Positions 34,626 to 47,336 of a stretch of DNA of 64,000 bases are shown here, one piece after another. Both the position numbers and the translations under genes were made by a program. Under the pieces are notes generated by a model. The model was not told where the DNA came from. It did no database searches and was given only the letters and a program-made list of their open reading frames with translations. Position 1 is the first letter of the stretch; every line of letters starts with the position of its first letter. This stretch comes from Octopus sinensis (lineage: Eukaryota), in contig NW_021832124.1 in assembly GCF_006345805.1 (NCBI RefSeq), positions 124,001 to 188,000 of the forward strand. The letters run 5' to 3'.

Positions 34626-35879
34626 TAATAATGTTGCGGAAGACCTAAGAAAGCATGCAAGCCGAGACAAGGCATGGGTAATCGATGCCTGTTGAAGAGG
34701 TGGCCCCTGAATCTAGACTGCGCATGAATGAATCCGCCCATCCGTGCACTCAACGTGGGCCCTAAGAGGTTAAAATTGATGAAATAAAACACTAAAAAAA
34801 ATGAAAACGGAAACTGAATAACTATTAATTATAATTTATGTTTGGTTAAGAGGGATAGTATGTATAATCTGTTCAGAATTCTTAAAAACGTTCTTAGAAA
34901 TCAATCCTATAAAAAAGTATGGAAATGGGTCGACTCTCCGTGAGATACATCAAATGGCTTTTTGTTCTTTGATCCACGTTTTTTGAAGCTCACAGAAAAC
35001 TGGAACGGCAGTTAAGTGTATATTCTCGGAATATTACAAGAAAGTCGAGAAACCAGAAAGTATTTGCCAACTGCCAGCGTGATTTCCTAGAAAAGATTGT
35101 GTTACAAAATACTATTAAAAGTATTACAAACATCCAGCTTAAAATATAAAAGAAATGTCCACGTAATTTCTTAAACCCGTAGGTTTACCGGAGATTTGAC
35201 ACTAGCACAGTGCATACACCACTGCATACCTTTTTCTTGCGCTATTGAGACTCTCTCCATGAGAGACCTGCGTTAAAATTTAAATTTTTTCTAAATATAC
35301 AATATAATCAGATTGAAACTAATATTGAAATGTTTAGTCTTCAAGCAGGATAATTCCTGAATTTAGTTTATATAACGCATACAGTCTTATGTGCAGTACC
35401 TGACCTTAAAAAACCCTGAAAAGTATCTCCTTTTGTGTTTGAATTAGGCGATAATTGTTGGGATGCACACATAAGAATGTTTTCAGAATCATTGAGGAGG
35501 ACTAAAATGATGTATGTGAGCTTTATCTTTGTGCGTACTAAGAATATTGTCATTTAATTAACTATTTAATAAATTTTTGATCGCTGTAACCTTTTGACTC
35601 AAAAAAGCATTTTTTAATTTCAATATCTTCAATGATAAGAGTTTTTAGAAATTATTAAAATCAAATGTAGTTATTGTCTGGTCAAATTACATAATTAAAA
35701 AGGAGAACTTAATTATGATTCCCGAATAAAAACGATTTTTCTATAATCAATATTAACTTCCGAACGATAATTACTCAAATCTTTTTTCCCAGATCATAAA
35801 GTCAAATATATTTCGACGTATTAATTAAAAAAAACTTACAATTATTTATTTAAACCCAAGGAAATTGTTAAAAAAAACC

Positions 35880-36085
35880 TAGCTATTAAGTACTGGCTTG
35901 CAGGATTGAAAGACAATTCCCGCGTAAAACAGCCAGCGAGATCCTCTGAATAAGGAATATAAATTCCCTGAGATCTCTGGAGCGATAGGTGCACAGACGG
36001 CCAAGCTTTTTAAGATGAGCAAGCGTATTGGCCCCAAAAACACAGGAAGTCTCGACGGCAATTGCCCAAAAACAATGCATCATTA
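35880..36085 (-). mobile_element. Short 3' fragment of a CRE element
   Basis: AIAVETS.VFG..LIQRISLAVLRGNCLSIL. Confidence 0.75.
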
Positions 36086-36251
36086 AAAAAATATTTGATC
36101 TTGAATATTAAAATCAGTCGCAATCAGTGAAAAATTAGGATTAATAAAAATTAAAGGTCGTAAATAAACAAAGTTTTCATTAATTGATAAATCACAAAAT
36201 ATTGTTTATAAGATAAAAAAAGAAGTATTGGAAAAGAAATTTAACAGCGAA

Positions 36252-36282
36252 CGTAATTTTCACTAATTAACAAGTATAAATA
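36252..36282 (+). promoter_or_regulatory. Putative core promoter CGTAATTT-N15-TATAAATA
   Basis: cgtaattt at 36252, tataaata at 36275, ATG at 36321. Confidence 0.55.
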
Positions 36283-36320
36283 CTGTATCGGGACGGGTTA
36301 AAATCTAACCGAATCAAAAA

Positions 36321-36470
36321 ATGGAACAGATTGTGGCTATAGAAAACGAGGATTTTTACGAGATTGAAGATCTATATTGTTTTGCGGAAGAGAGGTCTCT
36401 GGACCAATTATTTCAGCAATTTTCCAATGATCAGGAGGAACAATTAATCCTCTACAATTATTATGACTAA
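36321..36470 (+). CDS. 49-aa acidic/aromatic micro-ORF
   Basis: MEQIVAIENEDFYEIEDLYCFAEERSLDQLFQQFSNDQEEQLILYNYYD*. aaaaaATG context, TATA upstream, AATAAA about 30 nt downstream. Below the length cutoff of the ORF track. Confidence 0.55.
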   Translation: MEQIVAIENEDFYEIEDLYCFAEERSLDQLFQQFSNDQEEQLILYNYYD

Positions 36471-37289
36471 TTTTTTTGATTACTGTTTTTTAAATTTGGA
36501 AATAAACTATTTTTTTTATAAAGCCTGAGTTTTTCTACGTCCATAAAACTCATAGATTGTAAGTGCTCTGAAAGTCAGTGGATCTACAATAGACTTCTTA
36601 AAAGTGTTCCGAACATACATGACAGAGAATAATTGAAAAACCAGAGTGTTTTCTATGTCGAGTCAGCTTTGTTTTCTTACAGTGAATGCTGTAATTTGTC
36701 GCGTATTCAAAAATGAGCCTCAACAAATAAAAGGCAAATGAATTTTAAATTCAAACGTGACAATTCCACAAGTCAATATAAGCTATGATTCACGGATCCT
36801 CTGGGCTATGTTCCCTGAGTGATGAACGAACGAAGAAGATTTAGCGCTTTGTCTAATAGGTCCTGTGCTCTGTCTGGACTGCTCTCGCAGCCAATGAGAC
36901 GTCTGGTAACCCGACTCTTACATTTTGAACAATAAAGCGCATTTAGGGTCGCTTGGTTGTGCTTAGGCGTAAAAAGGTGAAAGGTCTCTTCTGAATTTTT
37001 TTACTTTTCAGTTTGTTGAGAAGACTTCGGGATTTTTTTTGTTAGAAAATAATGATGTTTTCTTTGTAATTGACTAGACGTTTTCTTGTTGAAACTTTAT
37101 TGATTGTTAATTAACAATTTAAATCCAAACAGAGAAAAAATTATTTCGAATTATGTAATGCAATTAATAATTGATTGTGTCTCTAGCGACCATGATGCCC
37201 TCATACTTGATAGGGTGAGTTGAAATTTCTAATAATTACTTAATAGTAATATTACAAAATAAAGGGCGATACAAAAATGAAGGGACGAA

Positions 37290-37470
37290 TAAAATCGTCG
37301 GCTTTTCAGCACATCGATTCTTATAGGTCGCGAACTGCACTCATTAAATTTATCTATGTGCCCAATATATATCAACGATTCTTCTTAACTGGTTTCTATA
37401 GAAAGAATCCAACGACATAAATGATTTTTGGTAGATCCCCAAGTACCGGCGTTGTATAGAAGCATTGGCG
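37290..37470 (-). mobile_element. RTE-like LINE C-terminal remnant
   Basis: LLYNAGTWG.TK..FYRNQLRRIVDIYW..SRPIRIDVLK. Confidence 0.65.
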
Positions 37471-37669
37471 GCGACGGCAGCTAACATTTTTCATTATTTT
37501 AATTTTTTAAATTTGGTCACTTAGTAAATTAACTAATCTGCTAAAAAATTGAAATTAGCATGTTATTTTATACATTTTAGAAAGCCAATTCTTAGAGAAC
37601 TAAATCAAAGTAGAAAGATCAGAATTTTGCAAGAATATAAAGTCTGGTCATAAGAAAAAATTATTGACA

Positions 37670-37815
37670 TTTTTAATTGACAATGCAACTTGTTATGCGG
37701 TTTTTGTCAAACTTTCAAATCTTGATGTAATATTTTTTTCCAAAAAATACAACTTCCTTAGTTCAGGCATGTGATCAAGGAATAATATATGCATTTAAAA
37801 ATCATTTCAATAACT
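37670..37815 (+). mobile_element. pogo/Tigger DDE_1 remnant
   Basis: FLIDNAT..FFPKNTTSLVQACDQGII.AFK. Confidence 0.75.
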
Positions 37816-38286
37816 GAATGATGAAGAGTATTATCTATAATTAAGTCCTGCAGGATGAATAGATGAAGAAATACAATGCCCGAAAAAAAATTCGATTCGA
37901 TTCTTCCAATGAATGATTTTTTGGGGCCTATTCCAGCCATTCATATCTCCCGCAAGAAAGCATTATTAGAGTATGATAATTCTGAGTTGAATTTTCTAAT
38001 TTTACCGGGGTTTTTGACTACTCGTCCACAGTGTAGTGCAAAGACATTTATGATAGTTAATAAACTCTTGGCATTGACATATTTCGTTTAGTTGAACTTG
38101 TAGAGCGCATATTTGGCCATTGACTCTCCAATAGCGATTTAGTTTTTTGAGGTAATCCACGTGTAGGAAAAATTCCATGAAAATCCCAAAAATTTATTGC
38201 TTTCTTTACGTCAAAAGATTTTTACTGTGTATAATTAAAATTATTTAATTAATAAAATTACTGCATTTTCTTGTTAGTGTGGTAAA

Positions 38287-39304
38287 ATGCAACTTTTTAT
38301 GTTGCGTCAATTTTCAACAACCGGAAAACTGTTTCGTAGATCCATAAAGAGCAGAATAGCCCTAAAAGCACAAAATCTCAACAAACCTGAGCAAAACCCA
38401 GTCAATCTACTCTTTAAGACAGGAATCTTTGCCTTTACAGTTAACTGTCTGACTAACCTCTAGGTAAGTGGAGTCGCATTTGTCACCTCCACTTTGTGGG
38501 AAGACAGAACCCAAAGAACAAGATATTGGGATCTCTGGAGGACTCTAATCGAGCAAGAACCATCTCACTGGGAAAGAATAAGCGATTCTAAAAAGGCAGT
38601 CTACTCGATTATGGCTGTCAATATCCTCGTTTTTTTACTCTGGAAAGTCCCTTCTTTAAATTCGATAATGACCCGACATTTTGTGTCGATTCCTCTAATG
38701 AGTATTCGTGAAGGTTTCATTTTTTGGAAGTCCTGTCCACACTGTGTTATCCAGTGTATTCAGTCATCAGACATTCCTCCATTTGTTTGTCAATATGTAT
38801 GTTCTCGGACAGTTTTCTCAAGGAGTGATCCGCCATTTGGGAGTTGCGGAGTTCTGTTCGTTCTATATTTCTGCGGGTGTTAACTTTATCAGTCAATTTA
38901 GGGGTTTTTTCGATTTTTGGAAGCGTTTTGGGGAAATTGTTGAAAGGCAGTGTGGCCGGAAGTATGGGGGCGGTACACTAAGGTCAATTATTTATAGTCT
39001 GGTGCGATTTTGGGGCTCTTTGGTGTGCATGTGTCTAGTAATCCAAATGGTCGGTATTCGATTATTGGAGTGGATATGCTTATTCCTCATTCTTTTTCGT
39101 CAGAGCAGATATTGACGGGGGTTTTGATATTGGAGAGCATTGGGATGTTCTTTCGGAAATCTCCCATCGACCATTGTGGCCATTTGACGGGAGTTTTGTT
39201 TGGATTGTTGTTTTATTTTGGCGTATTTTAGATGGTATTTTAAATATGGCCATTCAATGCTCCAGAAACACAAAAAATGGGTTTTGGACACATTTAACTT
39301 TTAA
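38287..39304 (+). CDS. PARL: Mitochondrial rhomboid protease PARL (5 introns)
   Basis: AVNILVFLLWKVPSL, SVFSH..HLFVNMYVL, GA|SGA (catalytic Ser across an intron), DHCGHLTG, WYFKYGH. Four clean introns of 24-25 nt and one apparent 1-nt frameshift near 38730. Confidence 0.9.
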
Positions 39305-39739
39305 ATTAATTATTTTTGAGTCGTTTTGAGGACAGGGTGGAAAATATCTTTTCTGGGTCACTAGCCATATTTTTACTGATCTGTTTATGATATTCTTCTT
39401 AAATTTGATTCCTTTTTATATTTTACAGAAAAGAAGGAGAATTAAACTAATATGTATAATTAATTATCTTTTTTCTCATATAAGTTGTTGCTCAACATTT
39501 AAAAAAACACTTGAATAAATTATTAAAGTAACTAAGAAAATCAAAAAATATAAGAAAAAATATCTTATCATGATAATTTTGCTTCTACCTTCCTTCTCTT
39601 TACTATTGATCTGCCTCCTACCGACAGATTCATGGTTCGGAATACAGCGTCTGTATTCTTGACAGGTTTTTCTGGTGTCTCGTGATGGCTGCTTCCTTCA
39701 CTTAGTTTTTTATTGATTGAATGCTTTGCCATTGTAGGT

Positions 39740-39900
39740 AAGAGTTTTATTCCGTGCCCATGCTCTGGAGTGTTTTTTTGATCACGATTGTTTGAACATA
39801 TACACGCGTTGAGTCATGGACTTGTAGAAAGTTTTGGTAGTCCTTGTAAAATTTGGATGTTATTCCATCCCAATAAATCAAAAATTTTGTTAATATTTGA
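39740..39900 (-). mobile_element. R4-like RLE 3' remnant
   Basis: IYWDGITSKFYK..YVQTIVIKKTLQS. Confidence 0.7.
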
Positions 39901-39952
39901 TAATCCCGGGGCCACAAAGCTGAAAATTACTCAAATATAAATTTCGTATATA

Positions 39953-42900
39953 CACCCCTCGACATTAAAATCCGGACAGTTAATAAATCGTCATTTTTAT
40001 TATCAATTTTATTAAATAAAAACTTAAGCATGCTAATATCATCTATATTTTTTAATTTTATAATATTTATCCATAAATCTTTTTAAAATATTGAGAATCA
40101 AGCAAAAACCTATTTTTTAAAACAAAAATTCCGGACTAATGTCAAAAAATAAAATATCAGTAAGGAATATGGTTTCCTCTAGATTTATATAACTCTAAAC
40201 TACGAGTTTTTATCAAATTTATTAATTTTCGAATAAAATCATTAGGAATTTTATTCCAAATTTCTAATATTTTATCCTTTTGTTGATGTTTATTTTTTGG
40301 TCGATTTTCTGTATTATCCCTCGATAATTCATATTTAATTTTTGACCAAATATGTTCAATGGGATTCATATCGGGGGATTGTGCCGGCCAATCGAGTAAA
40401 TTAATTTTTTTGCAGAAAAATACTCCTTTGTTGCATTCGAAGTATGACATGGGGCATTGTCTTGCTGGAATATGAAGCTGTTTAATTCCATTTTAATGGC
40501 TGATTTTTCCAGATTGTTAGCAAGAATGTTTATATATTATCCTGAGTTTATTTTTTCATCAATGAAACATAACGAACCCATTCCAAAATATGAAAAGCAT
40601 CCCCAGACCATAATTTTGCCGCCACCACACTTAACAGTTGGGTGATAATTTGAATTTTTGAATTCATTTCCCCTTTTTCAATATATTATTTTTCTTTTTG
40701 GTACATAAAAAACTTCAAAAGTACACTCGTCTGAAAAAATGACAGATCTCCATGGTTCATCATACATACCAACGAATATTTTCAATATTTCATATCTTTT
40801 GAGTATGTTTTTTTTACTTAACAATAATTTTTTCTTTGCTACTCTTCCAAATAAACCATTTTATTTAAATTGCGGGTAATTGTTCGCGGGGAAATTACTT
40901 TTTGAGTGATGGTTTCCATTTCTAGAGCGAGGTCTTTAGCAGATTTTTCACTATTGGCTTCAGGAAGTTCCAATAATATTTTGATTTCGTTTGTATTGAG
41001 TAATCTTGGTCTTCCAGACCCACTTTTTCTATAAATGGTTCCTGAGTTTATGTATTTTCGAACAACATCGAAAACGGTCGATTTCGGAACTCAGAGGACA
41101 TCAGAAATTCTCCTATAAGAAAAATTTTGCTGGTAATAAAAAATAATTTGTCCTTTACAAAAAGAATCCATTAATTTTTTCTAAAATATTTGAAAAAAAT
41201 TAGCTCTTTAAACTATAATAGCAAAAGTGTCCGGAATTTTACGCCACTGAAAACACGTTTTATGCTTTTAAATATCGTTTTATAAAACTTTTATAAATAT
41301 ATTTTTTTAAATATAAAAATATAGAAAAAAATATTATGCTCAAAGGTTTTTTTCTAAATTTGATAATAAAAATGACGATTTATTAATTGTCCTCGACAAG
41401 GCCATTGGCTTCTTCTCGAAGAGCATTCTGGAAGCAAGAGCAATGGCTATTTCTAAACATCCACCTCACGCTGCTTGTAGTCGAAGGATACCCGGTCTGG
41501 CCAATGAGAGAAATCGCCTCAAAAAGGCAAACCGAATGTCTTCTGACATAATTACCCGCATCCTACATTTAAACAAGGAATTGAAGTCCAATGAACTCAG
41601 GCACACCTATTTGAAATGGAATCGCATTCTTTCTACCGTGAACCGCAATCGTTCAACCGGTGAAGTGTGGAAAGCCATTTGGCACGTGGCCAGGGGGGAC
41701 GCCCCCGAACTTTTCGAAAATTTTGATAAAAAAGACGTGAACAACCTCATGAATTTCTATGCAAAAAATGCACACAAAGAGCACAGGAAATCCGACTCAC
41801 TCCCCTCCAACAGAAGCCTAAAAAACGGGCTGAACCGCTCCTCCTCTCGGTAAAGGAGGTGGAAGATACTTGCACTCAACAAAATCTTCTTACTCTCACG
41901 GCCCGGACAAAATCCCGGTGATTCTATTAAAAAACCTTGGCGTCGAAGGTGTCAGATTCCTAACATCCATTTTCAACTATTCTATCAACAACAACGTGAT
42001 TCCGGCAATATGGAAACAGGCCTTAATAAGGCCAATACTGAAGCCTGGAAGACCAAGAGGGGACCCGACTTCTTTCAGGCCGATTTCCCTGTTATGTTCG
42101 ATGTCAAAAATCCTGGAAAGACTGGTTCTTGGCAGAATAGAAGATTTCTTACCCGAAAGACATTTTCAACATGGGTTTAAGAAGGCGAAGTCCACTTCTT
42201 CGTACCTCCAATCCTTGTCAAACTTCATCTGTACCAGTTTTGCCAGCAAACCGAGGCACCAAAAGACAGTGCTCTGCTCCGTCGACATCCATAAAGCCTT
42301 CGATTCCGTCTCGAGGAAGCTCCTCTCAAGGAAGATATTCCAATCCGACTTTCCTCTGAAGCTAAAAATATGGATTACCAACTTCCTAAGTGGACGAAGG
42401 GGTAGGGTGTGCCTCGGTGGTCTGAAGTCCAAATCTCGTCTTCTACCCAACAGAGTACCTCAGGGTTCCCCCTTATCCCCGGCCTTCTTCAACCTATTTT
42501 TGGAAGACCTCCCTCGCTCCCTCGACAACAATGACATTGTTCTCTCATACGCGGACGACATCGTACTAGCCTCACGGGACCGGGACATCCAGAAGGCCTC
42601 TGAAAGGCTCAAGCTAACTTGGATCGGCTGAACCTATGGCTAACGGACAACCGGCTCGTAGTAAACGCGGCGAAGTCCGCCACGTCCCTCTTCACCTCGG
42701 ATAAATGATTGGGAAGGACGTCAGTCGACTTAAAGCTGAATAATATATCCGTTCTTTTCTGCAGGAGGCAGACGGTCCTAGGGGTAACCCTCGACATGCA
42801 TCTCTGTTTCTCCCCTCATGTGGACAACCTCCTTCGCAAATGCGAACAAAAATTGAACATACTACGAACTCTATCTGGAATATGGAAAAACGGGTCGCAC

Positions 42901-43301
42901 CCGGTACTGGCGAATATCTACCGCCAGTACTTCGAACCTTGTATTGCCTACGCTTGCAGATCATGGGGTCCGCGGCTATCGTGGTCCAACAGGAGGCGAA
43001 TCGAGGAGCCCCAACAAAGGGCCCTCAGATTAACCGATCGTTGGTCACATGATAGCCAACGCCCCGGTCCAGCCTCTCTGGAAGACCTCATCAAGCTGAA
43101 CCTGGGCCCGTCAGCGATTGCTCCGCCAAAAACGGCCTGCCGCCCTGTGCGATCTTGTGTGGGCTCGTGGAAAGATCACCGAGCGAGGATGAGGTCCCTG
43201 GTGGAATACATCGGGATCACGTGACGTTTGTTTGGTTTTTAGCGTGGTCTTGGTGATTTAATAAATAAATAAAATTGTCCGGATTTTAATGTTGAGGGGT
43301 G
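39953..43301 (-). mobile_element. Tc1-family transposon (IR/DR type) with a LINE inserted in its 5' TIR
   Basis: TA|cacccctc(g/a)acattaaaatccggaca ~55-bp TIRs. Transposase 41171 to 40157 (QQDNAPCH, WPAQSPDMNPIEH), disrupted. Inner repeats aaaattccggac at about 40125 and 41228. Confidence 0.92.
41393..43272 (+). mobile_element. 5'-truncated I-group/jockey-like LINE (RT domain), disrupted
   Basis: GPDKIP..FRPISLL..QHGF..VDIHKAFDSV..PQGSPLSP..SYADD. (TAAA)n tail. 8-bp TSD aattgtcc at 41385-41392 and 43273-43280. Confidence 0.92.
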
Positions 43302-44642
43302 TATATTTATGTAAAAATACAATTTTCAAATGGTTACTTGGTAGTTTATAAATTTGTTTACTAAGTTTATAAACATTATAAAGTAACAATATTTGATCAA
43401 ACAAAAAACCCCTGTTTATTAGATATCTTCACCTTTTTAAACACTTCGCTTTGGGGACAGAGGTTCGACTGTATATTTCTTGATATTTCTTTTTATTTTA
43501 AAAGAAAAAATATATTTTTCAAAAATTTAGAGACGAACCAATTTCAGTTTAGGACAATCTTCACCGTACTCTTGTGATTTAATTGTAATTCACTTGCTAA
43601 AATGTCGCATTTAACCAGTTTTTCTACTTCTTCTATTATGAAATTGATTTAAAAGAAAGAATGTATGAGATTTATAAACGACGTAAAATGTTACGTCATT
43701 TCAATCAATTTTTACTTATAACAAAGTATAATCATAATATGACTAAATGGAAAATAAAGAAAATGAAATTCCAACTGTATCATGTAATAAAAAAATATAT
43801 TATTCTTAGGGATTGATTCCCGTCTAGCACAGAGTTGCGAGAATGCCCAAAAATGGAAAGCCAAAGGTTGCCAACTCGTTTGACCCGCAGAAAACAATTT
43901 TTGGAAAAAAAGATATTTGGAAGAATGTGAAAGTGGAATTGTCGTGGCTCTAAAAGTTAGCAAGTTTATAGAAGAATACAAAAAACTCTGCAAAAAATTG
44001 TTAAATCAGATTAATGAAAGTTTAACTATTGATTCTACATTTGTTGAAATCAGAAGCAATCGTTGCATTGCATATTTCAATTTAATGTTTATTTTTTAGC
44101 AAATGGAATGGAGAAAAATCAAAGAAAATAACCATCAAAAAAAGATTGACACTACTGAAGTCTTGGAAAAATTGCAAGAATTAAAAGAGGTTAAAATTGT
44201 GGAGAAAATTTAGAAAACTAAATTTGAAGTTGAAAAAATAGAAGAATTTAAAAGAGTGTTAGAATTATTGGATAAAATTTCTAATTCGTGAATCGTCTTC
44301 AAAAATGAATAAACTGCTGATCGTGGTCACATTTATTAACCCACTAATACTAGTTATTGTAATTAAAAATTATTTGTTGATAATGTAATTTATCTGACTG
44401 AATGACAGTTTATTTTCGTATTACAAAACGTTTTGAAATTCAACAAAACCAGTCGAATGAAAAGTCACTAACTAATAAACATAAAAGTAAAATTGAATGC
44501 GAAAATCACTACCACATTAAATTAAACGAGAAGTGAAATCAACAATTTTCTAAATTAACATTCTATTTTACTGATGGATATACGCCTGAAATTACTCTCA
44601 TTACAGTTTATTTGTTAATAAAGAAACAGTTTATCTTCAAAA

Positions 44643-47336
44643 TCACACAAAAAAAGTATCAAAAAGTAAATTAAGCTTCAACTTTCGACTCTCAGCAGAC
44701 GTAACCTCTTTAGTAACAAACAAAACAAAATAAGCCAAATCCGGATTCAGTCGACACAGCCAACCAAAGCTCTCCTTCAGTGCCTACCATCACACCTCAT
44801 TCCTTACCTCATGCACATCACAACATAACAAACTCTTCAACACACCCTCTGCCACTTCCCTCCGAACTTTAACAAAATAACAGATCAGGCCAATGTTCCG
44901 ACATATCAACTCGTTTACACGATTTTCCATCGAATCCAATCGTGGAATAAAATCAACAATTTTCAAACGAGGCAAAATATCCTTCTCAACTCTCCGACGA
45001 ATGAAGCGTCCACAAACCACACTGAGAACCACCAACGTATCCACCGCAGCCATCAACAGGGGTTTATCCCCCCAATCAAAACAAAGCACAAAAGCCGGCC
45101 ACAATTTATGCACAAGAGGAAACAGACTGCCTGTACTCACATTGATAGAACTCACCCTTATTGTGACATATTATTTTATCGACTCTCTGATTATATTTTG
45201 GACTTTGATTCGACTACCACACAAACATCTTAGCCAATTTACACTCCTTTCCAACAACAGGACTCCCATTTTCACTGGAGGGGGTAAATCTTGGGAGGAT
45301 TCGGAAGAGAAATCCCACTCCTCTTCCCCCTCCTTACCCAACTCACTTATCAGGACTTGAAAGTCTATTTTATTCGTCAAAAAAGACAAATCCAGGACTG
45401 GTTTCTACACAAATATAGTCATTCTTCACATTGTAATGAGAGAAATAAACGGCAGTCCTACTCACAATGCAATCCACAACTCTAAACAGCCACGTAGAAC
45501 CTTCTTCCTCATGAAAGTCGATCAAATCAGCAAGCTACTGATATAGCAGGAGAATACCTCGATGACCACATCAGTCATACAACACATCACTTCAGCACTG
45601 CCCATAAAAGCAGTAATACAATCAAGGACATGCTTTCCTTGACCAAATTTGAGATCATAAAGCACTCGATTGACCACAAATTCAGCATTCTGTTCAACCA
45701 GTCTCATCACATCACTATTAAACACATTCTATCATCAACTCACCCACACTGGCACTGTTCAGCCATTTTTTTCAACCCAAAAACACCCCAATCGGAGACA
45801 ACACATTCACTACTCCCAGACAATGTCAAAAAATAGTACAAAAAATGACTCCATTGGTGACAAAACCAGTCAGACTACAACTCTCTCAGTACACCACTAA
45901 CATATATCAAACAACACAATAAATCAGCCACAACACACCGCTCAACATTCTCCTCCCTACACATTAACCAGACCAGTTTTTTGGTCAACAAATCAAAAAA
46001 CTGGTCCCTCTTGGACTGACTGAGTCTATGAACAATTGAGGAAACCAGTCCAATCATTGGAAGACACTCAACTCGATTCGACGCCTCAATAAACTCAGCA
46101 AATGACACTAACAATACTCACCACCCACAACCATTTTCGATGACTATTTCCAATATTTGACACAAAACGTGTTTGAATGAAGGAGTAGACAGAAAACAGT
46201 AATGAATGGAAGGAGACTGACTACAAACCGAAGACATGCTCGATTTATTATCGACTGTGCATAGCCTTACAAGACAGGCCACCAATTTCTCCCCAAAACA
46301 GCCGAAATGATGCATCCCAACAAATGAGGACAAAACAGGAGACTCCTTCTCCCCCAAAAGCACGTAAACACAACCAAGAAGTCTTTCCAAATGCAATTTT
46401 TGAGGACTATATTAGACACATAAACACACCAATCAGCCTTGAGGAGAGTAGAACACGTTTCAATAGTCAATTCCACTATAATTTGTTCATTCTCTGCCAG
46501 AATCTGTCTCAAAACAGGAAATTCACCAGCCAAACAAACAGAAATGTGCACAATCGACGAATCGAACCTTTCAAACTAGAATATAACAAAGAAAACTTAA
46601 TTTTCGTCAATTCTTGAATAATTTCCCCCAGAAGTGTCACCAGTCCTCTGTTCCCAGCAGTCAACACCCACCCGAGATGCCCCACCAACTCAAACAGTCT
46701 GTCCATTGCAGTCTCCACATACAATTTATCTCTTAAAAGTAATCCTTCTGAGGCCATTCCCTCCTCATCTGCCAATTTTAGACTATTTTTGGACAGGACA
46801 AACGAAATTAATGATTTTAGGCCATTTAGCAAGTCCTAAACAGATTTTGAGTGATATATATACTGCTATCAGTGTGTGAGAGTGCTCTATTCCACGAGAT
46901 ACCAAAACTTCTCGAACATTCGAGACTATTCCAGGCAGAAATGAACCCAAAATCTGAGCGGCGGGGAGTATTGGAGACTCTTCTGAGGGGATGATGAGTT
47001 GGAGACATTTTGCGGAGAGTTTTTTCACTTTTTTGGAATCAGACTTGAGCATGGACAGCAGATTGTGGACACAGACTCCGATGATTGTGAAATTGGCTTT
47101 GGAATAGAACATTCTGAGTAGATTAGATGAAAGTACGAGGTTGGAGGGCGTCTTCGAAGGAGGATTATGAGGCAGTTTAATGTCCTGATTGATGTGTATT
47201 CATATTCTGAGGCGTTGTTTTTAGAATTTATTGTGAATATGATTTGAATTCCTTTTAAATATGATATAAAATCAGTCAATGTAATTTTTTGGTCGATTAT
47301 ATTTGATATATAATTAAGCAACTTTAGGTCGGCCAT
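44643..47336 (-). CDS. TTI1: TELO2-interacting protein 1 (TTT complex), multi-exon
   Basis: ILGSFLPGIVS..HSHTLIAV; LFPLVHKLWP; CGRFIRRRVEKDILPRL; last exon LCRLNPDLAYFVL after a 24-nt intron at 44784-44807. Confidence 0.8.

Noticed and set aside
34630-34765. GC-richer segment ending ccctaagaggTTAA as a piggyBac end
   Set aside because: No partner terminus or transposase was found in the window.
43860-44290. Short coiled-coil-like frames
   Set aside because: Fragmented and AT-rich, with no recognisable domain.
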